The notes under the pieces were generated by a model. It did no database searches, was not told the DNA's origin, and saw nothing but the letters and a program-made list of their open reading frames with translations. The position numbers and the translations under genes were made by a program. This document shows positions 10,848 through 21,289 of a stretch of 64,000 nucleotides of DNA, piece after piece; position 1 is the first letter of the stretch; each line of letters begins with the position of its first letter. The stretch lies in contig CP084166.1 of the NCBI GenBank assembly GCA_021513695.1, positions 864,001-928,000 on the forward strand, in the 5' to 3' direction. Source of the DNA: Candidatus Heimdallarchaeum aukensis. GTDB lineage: Archaea > Asgardarchaeota > Heimdallarchaeia > Heimdallarchaeales > Heimdallarchaeaceae.

Positions 10848-11852
10848 TCATCTAAATTTGACACTATCTACATTAGGCATCGAATCTGCTGAATAAATAG
10901 AATCCAACTCAAACAGAGAAAGTATATCAATTGCCCGTTCTAGTTGCTCTTTTGTAATATTTTCCTTCCATTTATCGATAATACTTCCACCGGATATTAA
11001 TGCACTTTCCTTTCTTACTTCGGGAGAAGGTTTCTTTAGAACTCTATAAATAGATTGATCATAATTTTTTCCTAAAAATTGGAATAATTTATCTATTTCT
11101 TCTTCAGGTGAAACAGCATATTTTTCATAAAAAGTTACAAGTATTTCATCTTTTGAAAACTGTTTTAGTGGGACATAATTCTCAATACACCATAAAAAGA
11201 TATTCTTCTCAAAAGTAGTCTGAGCATGTAAAATATCTTTCTTAAAGGGATTCAAGAAATCTTCCATTAGCTCTTCCTGAGAAAGTAAAACATCCAGATG
11301 GTCTTCCCAATTTAATTTTATTCTAGAGTTAGCCACTGCTCCGGGATGTCTTAGAAGTAAAATAATTTTTATTTCAGGAAACTGGGTTTTGATCCATTTT
11401 AGCATTAAATTAGCTCGGATATCTTTAACAAGCCTTTTTTTGCACAGAAACTTTTTATTAAATCTGTCTACCCATTTGTTTCTTATTTTTCCTGAAAGAA
11501 TTTTTCTTGCTGGTTCTAAATACTTTTCATCATTGTTCTCAGGTCTAAGATATTGCCTATACTTGAAATCTTTACAGACATCAACAAAGTATGAGTGAAA
11601 TGGCTCAAAAATGTACCTATAACTGTTATCATAATTAATGATATTTGAAACCCATGTTGTACCACTTCGTCCTGTTCCAGCTAGAAAAATGGTATTCTCA
11701 TAATTGCTATCTAAATTAATATATAATCTACTATGAATCTTGATTTTGATTGAATCAAGTAATGTTCCTTCATCGATTTTTCTTTTTATTTTATTTACTA
11801 TATTACTCATACAATCACTTTTTAGAATTAGATAAAACCCCATTTTTTCCAA
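10848..11852 (-). CDS. PAPS-dependent sulfotransferase
   Basis: 5-prime PSB loop AGTGRSGTTWVSNII and 3-prime PB-like LRHPGAVANSRI are characteristic of the sulfotransferase fold. Confidence 0.7.
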   Translation of the reverse strand: MEKMGFYLILKSDCMSNIVNKIKRKIDEGTLLDSIKIKIHSRLYINLDSNYENTIFLAGTGRSGTTWVSNIINYDNSYRYIFEPFHSYFVDVCKDFKYRQYLRPENNDEKYLEPARKILSGKIRNKWVDRFNKKFLCKKRLVKDIRANLMLKWIKTQFPEIKIILLLRHPGAVANSRIKLNWEDHLDVLLSQEELMEDFLNPFKKDILHAQTTFEKNIFLWCIENYVPLKQFSKDEILVTFYEKYAVSPEEEIDKLFQFLGKNYDQSIYRVLKKPSPEVRKESALISGGSIIDKWKENITKEQLERAIDILSLFELDSIYSADSMPNVDSVKFR

Positions 11853-12751
11853 TGCTCATTTAAAACTTTGATTACATTATCTGGACTGTGATATCTTAAT
11901 GCAATATCTTTTTTACCTTTTTTAGTTTCACTCTTTAGGATTTGCAGAATAGAATCTTTTAAATTATTAGGGTTTAAGAAACCAATTACCTCTTTCATCT
12001 CTTCATAATCGATATATTGCTCTGAATAGTAAGTTCCTACAGAAACGTCACAAAAAAGAGCTTCAATTGAAATCACATTATATGTCAAACCTGTGCTAGG
12101 GTTTGCATGATCAATAATCAAATCACAGAAATTTATAGTATCACATATTTTTTCTCTGGGTATTGGTTTGTTGATGAAGTGAATATTGAAAGTTTTTTCA
12201 TTATTTATTTCTTCAATTGCTTTACTAATTAGATCAGAACCTTTTATTTTTGGTGAATGAGCAAAATGACCTATAACATAATCAAATCCATTCTCATCCT
12301 TGAATTGCTCTTTTTTTTCTTTTACTTCCTCTTTCGAATAAAATTCGTCAGGATTTACACAGCGAGGAAGAAAAATAGAATTAGGACTATAATTTATTAA
12401 CTCTTTAAGTGAGACAAATGAAGGTTCTTGAGGTTTAACAGTTCCAAGTCTTAAATCAGAACCATGATAATGAAAGCAAGTATTTCTTGCTCTTACTAAT
12501 TGTGGATAAGTACCATTGACCACCTGAATATCAAATTTTCTCAACAACCAACCAAAAGCCATCCAAAACCCTGTTCTCAGATAATTTTTCCACAAAGGCC
12601 CTTGAACACTTCCTAATTTAAAATACTGTTCAGGAAGATTGGCATATTTATTGCTCTGAAGAAAATAAGTTACTTCGTGACCTTGTCTTTCTAGCTCTCT
12701 TCCAATAAGAAAATGTTGACTAGCATAGTCACCAATAATAGCAATTCTCAT
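11828..12751 (-). CDS. Uncharacterised Rossmann-like protein with HYHGSD motif, possible GT-B glycosyltransferase
   Basis: N-terminus MRIAIIGDYASQHFLIGRELERQGHEV resembles a GT4 N-domain. It shares the motif FHYHGSDLRLG with the paralog at 18457-19401 (IIHYHGSDIRFK). Confidence 0.4.
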   Translation of the reverse strand: MRIAIIGDYASQHFLIGRELERQGHEVTYFLQSNKYANLPEQYFKLGSVQGPLWKNYLRTGFWMAFGWLLRKFDIQVVNGTYPQLVRARNTCFHYHGSDLRLGTVKPQEPSFVSLKELINYSPNSIFLPRCVNPDEFYSKEEVKEKKEQFKDENGFDYVIGHFAHSPKIKGSDLISKAIEEINNEKTFNIHFINKPIPREKICDTINFCDLIIDHANPSTGLTYNVISIEALFCDVSVGTYYSEQYIDYEEMKEVIGFLNPNNLKDSILQILKSETKKGKKDIALRYHSPDNVIKVLNEHWKKWGFI

Positions 12752-12864
12752 TTTTAGTTCCTATCAGTATTCTTATTGACAACCTCAGATTTCTCTATAA
12801 AGATATTTCGCTTATATTCCTCAATAAGCATATGTATAAGAATTTCAAACTTATTTTTTTAAGT

Positions 12865-13998
12865 CTATATCATTATATTTGTCTCTATTTCTAGTTCGTG
12901 TTCTTCGTATCGTTTTATAATCTCATTTACAATTTTTGTACTGCTTTTTCCGTCTCCATAAGGATTTTCCCAATTTATGTTTTTATAATGATCCAAATTG
13001 TCTTTAATTTGTTTAATCGCTGATTTTATTCTTTCTTTTTCTGCTCCTACTAATTGATTAGCACCAATTTCAAGTGTTTCAATCCATTCAGTATTGTCTC
13101 TTAAAGTTATACAAGGAACATTTAGAGTTAAAGCTTCTTTCTGAATTCCTCCGCTGTCAGTAAGAATAGACATAGAATTTACTTCAAGAGAAATAAAATC
13201 AAGATACCCAGTAGGATCAATTGTGATAATATTCTCGTTCTCAATCAAATCTCCTAAATTGTAATCTTTAATACGATTTTTTGTTCGTGGATGAACAGGA
13301 TAAACAATAGTTTCCTCAACTTCATTTAAAGTCTCCAAAATTGTCTTTAATCTTCCTTTGTTGTCAACATTCTCTTTTCGATGGAGAGTTAACAAAAAAT
13401 ACTCTTTTGATTTTAAGCCCAACTTTTTTAGAATTGATGATTGTTTTTTTGCTTTTTTTACATTCCTTAAGATTGCATCAACCATTGTGTCTCCTGTTTC
13501 AAAAATCCATCTCTTATTTATTCCCTCTTTCAATAAATTCTCAGAAGCAGTCATAGATGTTGTAATTAACATTCTACTGATGTGGTCAGTTAACTTTCTG
13601 TTTATCTCTTCAGGCATTCTGAAATCATAGCTCCTTAAACCTGATTCAAGATGAATAACAGGATATTGCAACTTACTTGCTGCTAGAGCTCCAGCAAGAG
13701 TTGAATCAGTATCTCCAGGAACTAAAACAGCATCAGGATCCTCTTCTTTTAATTTTTCTTCTATTTTAATCATCATATTTCCGACTAGCTGAGCATGAGT
13801 TTGAGAATGAATATTTAGATTTACATCAGGAGGAGGAAGAGACAATTCTTGAAAAAATATAGAAGACATATTTTCATCAAAATGTTGGCCTGTGTGTAAA
13901 TGATAGAAATCCATTTTTGGCTCTTCTAACATATCTTGTATTATTGGTGATAGTTTGATAAATTGGGGTCTAGCTCCCGATATGATAAATACTTTCAT
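12865..13998 (-). CDS. wecB: UDP-N-acetylglucosamine 2-epimerase (non-hydrolysing), WecB/MnaA type
   Basis: MKVFIISGARPQFIKLSPII, HLHTGQHFDENMS, VPGDTDSTLAGALAAS and HLESGLRSYDFRMPEEINRKLTDHIS are diagnostic WecB blocks. The likely start is the internal MKVF (ORF track starts 14 codons earlier). Confidence 0.85.
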   Translation of the reverse strand: MKVFIISGARPQFIKLSPIIQDMLEEPKMDFYHLHTGQHFDENMSSIFFQELSLPPPDVNLNIHSQTHAQLVGNMMIKIEEKLKEEDPDAVLVPGDTDSTLAGALAASKLQYPVIHLESGLRSYDFRMPEEINRKLTDHISRMLITTSMTASENLLKEGINKRWIFETGDTMVDAILRNVKKAKKQSSILKKLGLKSKEYFLLTLHRKENVDNKGRLKTILETLNEVEETIVYPVHPRTKNRIKDYNLGDLIENENIITIDPTGYLDFISLEVNSMSILTDSGGIQKEALTLNVPCITLRDNTEWIETLEIGANQLVGAEKERIKSAIKQIKDNLDHYKNINWENPYGDGKSSTKIVNEIIKRYEEHELEIETNIMI

Positions 13999-14023
13999 TT
14001 TAACACCTTGTTTAATATACTTT

Positions 14024-15418
14024 TTATTCTCCAATTCCAACTATGACTCTTTTATCATTTTCTCTCTCATTTATATGACCAAAAATATGGCGAGTATCAA
14101 TAATAGCATAAGGATTATTTGCTTGTTCGTCAAAGAATGAGATATCTAACTCTTTGTAGTGGCTATGGTCAGTAAGAATTACTATACAGTCGCTGTTATG
14201 AATCGCTTTTTTCAAATCCTCTTCAAATTTGATATCAATTATTTCTCTTAGTTCTTCTTCTTTATAGAGTGGATCATGTAAAACAATTTTTGCTTCGTAT
14301 TCTTTTAGTCCTTTTATGACATCAAATGTTGGAGAATATCTATATTCTTTAACATTTCCTCTATAAGCTAACCCTAAAAGGGTAATTTTTGAGCCTTTAA
14401 GGTTTTTATTTACTTTATTCAGCGCAATAATTGTACGATTGACTACATGATAAGGCATTGAGAGATTGATTTCTCTCCCTTTTTTTGTTAATGCTGCACT
14501 TATTCCAAATTGGTCTGCAATATTAATTAAAAATTGTGGATAAACAGGAATACAATGTCCTCCAACTCCAGCACCAGGTCTATGAATATGGGAGAAAGGT
14601 TCACTGTTTGCAGCTTTTATCACTTCATGGACATTAACACCTATTTTTTCTGAAATTTTAGCAAATTCATTAGCCAATGCTATGTTTACATCTCGATAAA
14701 TCCCCTTAAATATCTTAACAGCTTCTGCAGCTGTCGATGAACTCATCTGAATAACACCTTTTTTAGCTATAGTCTCATAAAGCAAAGCGATTCGTTCAGT
14801 ACTTCTAGGATCTACACCACCCACAATTTTTGGATAATTATCTCTGATATCTTCTATTGCTCTACCACTATAAGTGCGTTCAGGAGCAAAACCTAACCCA
14901 AAATCTTTTCCTGCTTTAAGACTAGATATTTGTTCCAACTGCTTCTTAACGATTTGCTCAGTAGTTAAAGGAGGAACAGTACTTTCAATAACTATTAACT
15001 TCCCAGGTTTCATATAAGCTCCAATCGAATTTATTAGCTTAATTACAGGTTGAAGTTCTGGGTTTCTATATTTATCAATTAAAGTAGGGATTATGATTAT
15101 TATAACATCGGATTCATCTACAGCTTTCTCTAATGAGAGCGTGCACTCAAACTTTTTCTCTTTCAAACCTTTTCTAATTCCTTCAATAACTCCAGGTTCA
15201 CCTATTATAGGTGGATTACCTTCATTGATCTTTTGAACAGTTTCAGGGTTAACATCTACTCCAATAACTCTATACCCTGCTTCAAGAAAGACCACATCAA
15301 TTGGTAGACCCATTTTTCCTTGTCCAATAACCGCTATAGTCAAAGACCTATTTTCTAATAACTTAATGGCTTCATCTTTTGAAATTATAAAATATCCCAT
15401 GTTTTCCATTCTCTCCAC
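14024..15418 (-). CDS. wecC: UDP-sugar 6-dehydrogenase; by synteny with wecB likely UDP-ManNAc dehydrogenase (WecC-like)
   Basis: N-terminal NAD fold IAVIGQGKMGLPIDVVF and catalytic-Cys block GAGVGGHCIPVYP. It lies directly downstream of wecB on the same strand. Confidence 0.8.
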   Translation of the reverse strand: MERMENMGYFIISKDEAIKLLENRSLTIAVIGQGKMGLPIDVVFLEAGYRVIGVDVNPETVQKINEGNPPIIGEPGVIEGIRKGLKEKKFECTLSLEKAVDESDVIIIIIPTLIDKYRNPELQPVIKLINSIGAYMKPGKLIVIESTVPPLTTEQIVKKQLEQISSLKAGKDFGLGFAPERTYSGRAIEDIRDNYPKIVGGVDPRSTERIALLYETIAKKGVIQMSSSTAAEAVKIFKGIYRDVNIALANEFAKISEKIGVNVHEVIKAANSEPFSHIHRPGAGVGGHCIPVYPQFLINIADQFGISAALTKKGREINLSMPYHVVNRTIIALNKVNKNLKGSKITLLGLAYRGNVKEYRYSPTFDVIKGLKEYEAKIVLHDPLYKEEELREIIDIKFEEDLKKAIHNSDCIVILTDHSHYKELDISFFDEQANNPYAIIDTRHIFGHINERENDKRVIVGIGE

Positions 15419-15562
15419 AAAGAAATTATTAACTATTTCATCATTTCAAAACATCAAGTCTTAAATCTTTCTTTTAAAATAACAATAGGAAATGGGATGT
15501 GTTTTAGTAGATATTCTTAAATACCTCTCTCCCTCAATTGCTTTAAGTTTCGGTGAAATATC
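15419..15562. promoter_or_regulatory. Divergent promoter region between wecC (-) and the Wzx-like flippase (+)
   Basis: 144-bp AT-rich spacer between divergent genes. No confident BRE/TATA assignment. Confidence 0.25.
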
Positions 15563-17143
15563 TTGTATTCTGAAGAAAAAGGGAATCTATTAAAAAGAGG
15601 ATCAGGCTCTCACTTTGTAATCATTTTTTTCTTGTCGTTCGTTTTATCAAAACTATTCAGCATGGCCTTCAACAAGATTTTCACCAATGTGTTAACGAAA
15701 ACAGAGATGGGTAGATATGCCATTTTTATATCTGCAATTACCACAATTTTTACTTATTCAACACTGGGCTTCCCAGCGGCTTTAAATAGATTTACTGTAA
15801 CTTATAAAGAGAGAAAACAATTAGAAAATCTCAAGAATTTTCTTACTACAGGATTTATTATTTTCCTTGCAGCTGAACTGACGATAACTTCCATTCTAAT
15901 AATTCTATACTATACTACTGGTTTTACACCTAAATTTCTAAATATTGAACCTTACATCATAACTTTAATTATTGTAAGTCTAGTAGCAATAACACAGATA
16001 TTCAGTACAATGTGCTATGTTATCGCAAGTGCTTTACAGAATAGTAGATATTATGCAATAATAATGATCATGAGAGTTTTTTTACAGATACCCTTTGGAT
16101 TCTTGTTTGTAGTTTTCTTGAATTTAGGAGTATTTGGCTTAATCCTAGGCCTTCTACTTTCTGAATTCATTGTTGCATTATATAGTTTTTATTACTTGGT
16201 GAAAGATGTAGGAATTGGTAAATTTTCTTGGGAAGAGGGAAAGGCAATGCTATCCTTCTCAGTACCAGGTTACATAGCAGCCATTTTTATTAGTTCTTTT
16301 GATTTAGGTCTAAAAGTCTTTGTAGATTATGTTTTTCCTGCTGAAGGAAAAGAAATTATAGCCTTATACCAGTATGGTGCATTGGCAGTAGTAAATATTC
16401 TTTTAGTAGCTGGTAATTTATTTAGAGTTGTCTACAGGCCCATTATTTTCAAATACTTTGAACAAAAAAAGTACAGAGAAATTCAGACTCTTACAATCAC
16501 GATTTCAAAATTATTTACAATTACAATTGTTTTTTCTGCAATCTTTCTTTTTGCGTTCTCTCCACTCTTGATTCCATTTTTGACCAAGTCTTCTTATCTA
16601 TCTAGTATATCTGTAATTCCTATTCTAATGCTCTCGACTATTATAGGTTACTTAAGAACATTGATAACTTATGGACACACGTTATACTACAAGAATTATT
16701 GGAATGCTATAGCTGCAATAACTGCAATAATAATTTCAGCAATAATTGGTTATTTTATCATTCCTACTCTTGGATTGATAGGTTTAGGATTAGTTTATCT
16801 TTCACTTACGAGTATCCAATTCTTTATTTTATTCTTTGTCTCTCAACATTATTTCAAAGTAAAATTTGAAATTAAATTAATTATAAAGATTTTAGTTTTA
16901 TGCGGAGTTTCAATGGGAACAGGAATAATTTTTAATGTTACTATCTTTTCATTCTCTGAACACTCCTTAATTTACTCCTTTCTTCTAAGTTCATTTATTT
17001 ATATTATAGGCATCTTCCCTTTGAGACTCATAGGAAAAAAAGATATAGAATTCCTGAAGTCTGTAATAAAGACATATATCAATATTATTAAGTCCAAGAA
17101 TAGCTTAGAAAAAAAGAATTCAAAAAAAAAGAATAGACATTAA
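15563..17143 (+). CDS. Wzx-like oligosaccharide flippase (MOP superfamily polysaccharide biosynthesis protein)
   Basis: 526 aa with about 14 TM helices. The length and charge distribution are typical of Wzx/MurJ-type transporters. It is divergently arranged from wecC. Confidence 0.65.
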   Translation: MYSEEKGNLLKRGSGSHFVIIFFLSFVLSKLFSMAFNKIFTNVLTKTEMGRYAIFISAITTIFTYSTLGFPAALNRFTVTYKERKQLENLKNFLTTGFIIFLAAELTITSILIILYYTTGFTPKFLNIEPYIITLIIVSLVAITQIFSTMCYVIASALQNSRYYAIIMIMRVFLQIPFGFLFVVFLNLGVFGLILGLLLSEFIVALYSFYYLVKDVGIGKFSWEEGKAMLSFSVPGYIAAIFISSFDLGLKVFVDYVFPAEGKEIIALYQYGALAVVNILLVAGNLFRVVYRPIIFKYFEQKKYREIQTLTITISKLFTITIVFSAIFLFAFSPLLIPFLTKSSYLSSISVIPILMLSTIIGYLRTLITYGHTLYYKNYWNAIAAITAIIISAIIGYFIIPTLGLIGLGLVYLSLTSIQFFILFFVSQHYFKVKFEIKLIIKILVLCGVSMGTGIIFNVTIFSFSEHSLIYSFLLSSFIYIIGIFPLRLIGKKDIEFLKSVIKTYINIIKSKNSLEKKNSKKKNRH

Positions 17144-17156
17144 AGATGAAATATAA

Positions 17157-18155
17157 TCACATAAATACATTATAATCAAGAGACCTATTAAAAATATAGG
17201 TAAACAATTTCTCCTTTTTCACTGGTAAAAATCTTGATTTTCGAGGTTGTGAGAGAATTGGATAGTCATAATCATATAATATTTTTCTGAAATATTTAGT
17301 TATATAATATTTCTCAAGAGTATTGATTTCTTTCTTCCAAACTTCTAGATTATCTGCAGAGATACCTTGAAACTGTTTGTTGAGACTTGAATTTCCCAAC
17401 CACAACTTCCCTTTGATAGTTGGTTTAAGAAGAATAGGATCATATTTTACTCCAATGAAATCAGCTAATTCTTTCATAGATTTTTCAGGATTAGTCAAAA
17501 TATCTTCATATTTAATAACATGATAAGAATCAGGAAACAGCTCTAAATTACGATACATGTGGTAGAAAGAATTTTTCAGAGAAAGTAAAGGAACACTAAT
17601 TTTGGGATATTTTCCTTTATTCACAGCCTTTTGTAAATAACGTCTGTAACTAACCAGATTAGAATATGGATTGCGTAACACACGTATAAATTTGGCATCT
17701 GGAAAGAGTTTTTTCAATAAAGGTACAAATTCATCATGTTCTACAGATTTTTCTACAAAACGTTTCGTTTCTACGTAGTCTTCTTCATAAAAGGAAGCAT
17801 AAATTGCTTGGAAGTAAAGTTCAACAAGATCTTTAAAATCATCAACTTCTTTCTCAATTTTTTGATTGAATATAGAAAGGTTGAACATTCCTATTCTACT
17901 TGAAGAATCATGACTAAAATCTTGCTTTACAGTATTAATTTTTTTAATATGTTTCTTAAAATTGTCTTTTATTTCCTTAAATGAAAGATCTTGAGGGTAA
18001 GTCTTTCTCCCTCGATAATCAACCCATCGTCCAGATAATTGGAAAATGTGTGTTTCAAAAGGAATACTAAAAAGTTCAGGATGATTATCTAGTAATCTTA
18101 ATAGTAAAGTTGTACCACTCTTATGTGGACCTACAATGAAAATGGGATTATTCAT
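17157..18155 (-). CDS. PAPS-dependent sulfotransferase
   Basis: IVGPHKSGTTLLLRLL (5-prime PSB P-loop) and RVLRNPYSNLVSYRRY (3-prime PB) were read directly from the sequence. Confidence 0.7.
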   Translation of the reverse strand: MNNPIFIVGPHKSGTTLLLRLLDNHPELFSIPFETHIFQLSGRWVDYRGRKTYPQDLSFKEIKDNFKKHIKKINTVKQDFSHDSSSRIGMFNLSIFNQKIEKEVDDFKDLVELYFQAIYASFYEEDYVETKRFVEKSVEHDEFVPLLKKLFPDAKFIRVLRNPYSNLVSYRRYLQKAVNKGKYPKISVPLLSLKNSFYHMYRNLELFPDSYHVIKYEDILTNPEKSMKELADFIGVKYDPILLKPTIKGKLWLGNSSLNKQFQGISADNLEVWKKEINTLEKYYITKYFRKILYDYDYPILSQPRKSRFLPVKKEKLFTYIFNRSLDYNVFM

Positions 18156-18456
18156 TTAATTATCAAAAAAGAAAAAGTAAAACACTAAATTAAATTTTTT
18201 ATTGCAGCTATGAATGAGAATTTATTATTTTGAGGATTGGTTAGATTAATTTAGGATATCATCAAAAAGTGGTCTTCTCAATTTCAAACTAACACATCTT
18301 ATGGTTTAAATATATATAAGTGGAAAAGATGAGAACTAGAATATGGTTGTAATGAAACCAAATAGTAAATTTTGAAAGAAAAAATTTAGCTTATAAAAAC
18401 TCTGAAAAAATCAAAAAGCGATTTTCACCAGAAATTTGATTCTTTACTTTTCTTTT

Positions 18457-19401
18457 TTATCTCTTTTTGATTAACAAATTTTGATATATCTCTCTCCATT
18501 TTAGAGCAACATTTTGTGGACTATGCTCATCTGGAAATTTATCAATTTCCTTATCTTTTAATATCACTTTATTTCCAAGAGCTAAAGCTTGCAAAGCAGT
18601 TAAACTCAAGGAATCCAAAAATGTGTTACGATAAGGTTCTTGGCGAATATCGATATAATATTCATACATTTCAAGTGTTCTAGCAAAGTCTTTATAGGGG
18701 ATTATAGTTTTATTCCTTTCAATAATTGTCAGTTTTAAATTCCTTTTTTTAGCTTCTTTAATTGCTAATTTTCTAGCTTCTGTAAATCTATCATATGCTT
18801 GAATAAAGAGCGCAGTATCCTTCTTTGCATTTTTTATTCTTTTAAACAATGTAAAATCAACAGGATTAGGAACATACTCTCCCTTAATATGATCCAAAAG
18901 ATCAGGAGTGCTAACAGTTATCTTATTTGCGAATCTAAATTTGTCTTTTTTCTTTTCAGTTTTAAATCTGATATCAGAGCCATGATAATGTATTATTATA
19001 ACTTTTCTTGGATAAACGAACCTGAGATGAGGTATTATCCAATCATACCAATGAACATGTAAAATATCATATTTTTTTGCTAATTTTATAGTTTTTATGA
19101 AAAAAATAAAGAATTTTGAAGGAGTTGCAATAAAAAGCTCTGGATGTACTTCACAGAACTTTGCTTTATCTAGATCTCTTCGAGCTATAATGTCTGCTTC
19201 TATCCCTAATTTTCTCGTTTCATATGCAAGAGTGTTTGCTACTCCTGCAACATTCCATATGTGTAGAATTTTTAAAGATTTATTGCTTTGACTTCGAGAA
19301 AACAGTTTTATTACTATATTAAATATCCACATGTAGAGTTTAAAATACAATAAAACTATTGTTAATACAATGTTTTTTATTATTTCTCCTATTTTTTTCA
19401 T
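18457..19401 (-). CDS. Uncharacterised N-terminally anchored protein with HYHGSD motif (paralog of 11828-12751)
   Basis: N-terminal TM helix, then ILHIWNVAGVANTLAYE and IIIHYHGSDIRFK. This motif is shared with 11828-12751. Confidence 0.4.
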   Translation of the reverse strand: MKKIGEIIKNIVLTIVLLYFKLYMWIFNIVIKLFSRSQSNKSLKILHIWNVAGVANTLAYETRKLGIEADIIARRDLDKAKFCEVHPELFIATPSKFFIFFIKTIKLAKKYDILHVHWYDWIIPHLRFVYPRKVIIIHYHGSDIRFKTEKKKDKFRFANKITVSTPDLLDHIKGEYVPNPVDFTLFKRIKNAKKDTALFIQAYDRFTEARKLAIKEAKKRNLKLTIIERNKTIIPYKDFARTLEMYEYYIDIRQEPYRNTFLDSLSLTALQALALGNKVILKDKEIDKFPDEHSPQNVALKWREIYQNLLIKKR

Positions 19402-19536
19402 TATTCTCTCTCAATATCAGCTATTTATATAGTTTAGCAAAAATATCTTTTTTAAAAAGTTAATTTGTTATTTAGGAATAGCTTTACAATAAATGATTTT
19501 GCAAGAATTACCTTAATAAAAGAAAAAAAGAAAAAG

Positions 19537-21289
19537 TTAAGCAATTTTTTTTCTTGTTAGTATGACTAAAGTTACTAGTCCAATAATAGTAATAAAAAAT
19601 GGGAGAGAGATTGTTTTTGTAGAAGGGTGCTCACTTGGATCCAATGGATTATAACCTTTTTGAACTTCCTCACCATCCATCCAACCATCTGAATCAGTAT
19701 CTGAATTTAAAGGGTCAGTAAGGTAAATATTAACTTCTTCTCCGTCACTTAGTCCATCTGAATCAGTGTCTGAATTTAAAGGGTCAGTAAGGTAAATATT
19801 AACTTCTTCTCTGTCACTTAGTCCATCTGAATCAGTGTCATTGTTATTTGTTAGAGTTCCTATATATTGTTCATAAGCATTTGATAAACCATCATAGTCT
19901 GAATCAACATCATACAAGTTCTTAGTCCTTATGAACTTAGAAGATCCACTCATTCCTTCCCAATAAACATGTAGAGAACTTGAAGGAAAAGAAAAACAGT
20001 AGATATATTCAGTAGTATCACCTATAATAAGCTCCAAATGACCATCAGAATCAATATCACCAATAGAGGGAGAAGAATAAGCAAAAGGACCAAGAGTATA
20101 ACTCCACAATAAAGATCCATTATTACTCAAACAATATAAATTACTATCATGAGACCCAAAAATAATCTCAAAATATCCGTCTGCGTTAATATCTGCAACA
20201 GAAGGAGAAGAACGAACATTATCTCCTGTTTTGTAAGTCCATTTTATAGAACCATCATTGTTGAAACAGTACACATAATCAGAATCACTCCCCACAATAA
20301 TCTCAAAATAACCATCAGAATCTATATCTACGACAGCAGGAGAATCCCACACTCTATCTTCAGTATTGTATCGCCATTTTAAAGTACCATTATAATTTAA
20401 ACAATAGATGTAACCGTCATGGCTACCAATAATGATTTCTGATCTCCCGTCTGAATTAATATCTGCGATAGCTGGAGAAGAATAAATATCATTAGCAGTA
20501 CCGTATCGCCATTTTAAAGTACCATCATTGTTGAAACAATAAATGTAATTATCATAACTTCCGACAACAATTTCCAAGTCCCCATCAGCATCAATATCAC
20601 CGACTGAAGGTGAAGAAAGAACATTAAGACCAGTACCGTATCGCCATTTTAAAGTACCATCATTGTTTAAACAGTAGATATAATAGTCATCGCTACCAAT
20701 AATGATTTCTAAATTTCCGTCTCCGTCAATATCAAAAACAACTGGAGCAGTACGAACTTTTTCTCCTGCTTTATAAGTCCATTTTACAGTACCATCATTA
20801 TTCAAGCAGTATATGTAATTGTCATCACTTCCTACAACGATCTCCAAATTTCCGTCTTTATCAATATCTACAACTACAGGAGAAGAACGAGTGGATCCAC
20901 CTGTTTTGTAAGTCCATTTTACAGAACCATCATTGTTGAAACAATAGATGTAACTATCCAAACTCCCTTCAATGATCTCTACATTTCCATCGGCATCAAT
21001 ATCAACTATAGCAGGAGAAGAATGGATATCTCCCCCAGTTCTATAACTCCACAATAACTCAGCTTCAATACTCTTAAATGTTGAACCTTTGGGTGTTTCA
21101 AGATTAGTACTTGCATAAGAAAGAGAGTCAGTAGATAAAGAAGTTTCACCATTATAGTTTAAGGAAGTATTAAGTCTTCGATAATCAGTTTCATAATTTG
21201 ATGTTAACAAAGCAGGTGTTAACAAAATAATTAATAAAGCAACCGTGATAGTTAAACTTCTTATTCTTGAAATTTGCATTATTTTTTCT
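19537..21289 (-). CDS. Membrane-anchored secreted beta-propeller protein (9 FG-GAP/PQQ-like blades) with C-terminal TSP3-like Ca-binding repeats
   Basis: Nine repeats of the form DIDxDGxxEIxxGSxDxYIYC[FL]NNDGxxKWxYxTG. These are followed by D-rich DTDSDGLSDxEEVNIYLTDPLNS repeats and a C-terminal TM helix. The probable true start is the signal peptide MQISRIRSLTITVALLIILL (~21289), not the ORF-track start at 21450. Confidence 0.7.
19691..19840. repeat. Near-perfect 69-bp tandem duplication (2.2 copies) inside the beta-propeller gene, encoding the 23-aa DTDSDGLSDxEEVNIYLTDPLNS unit
   Basis: Units at ~19691-19759 and ~19760-19828 differ at 2 positions. A third partial unit follows. Confidence 0.8.
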
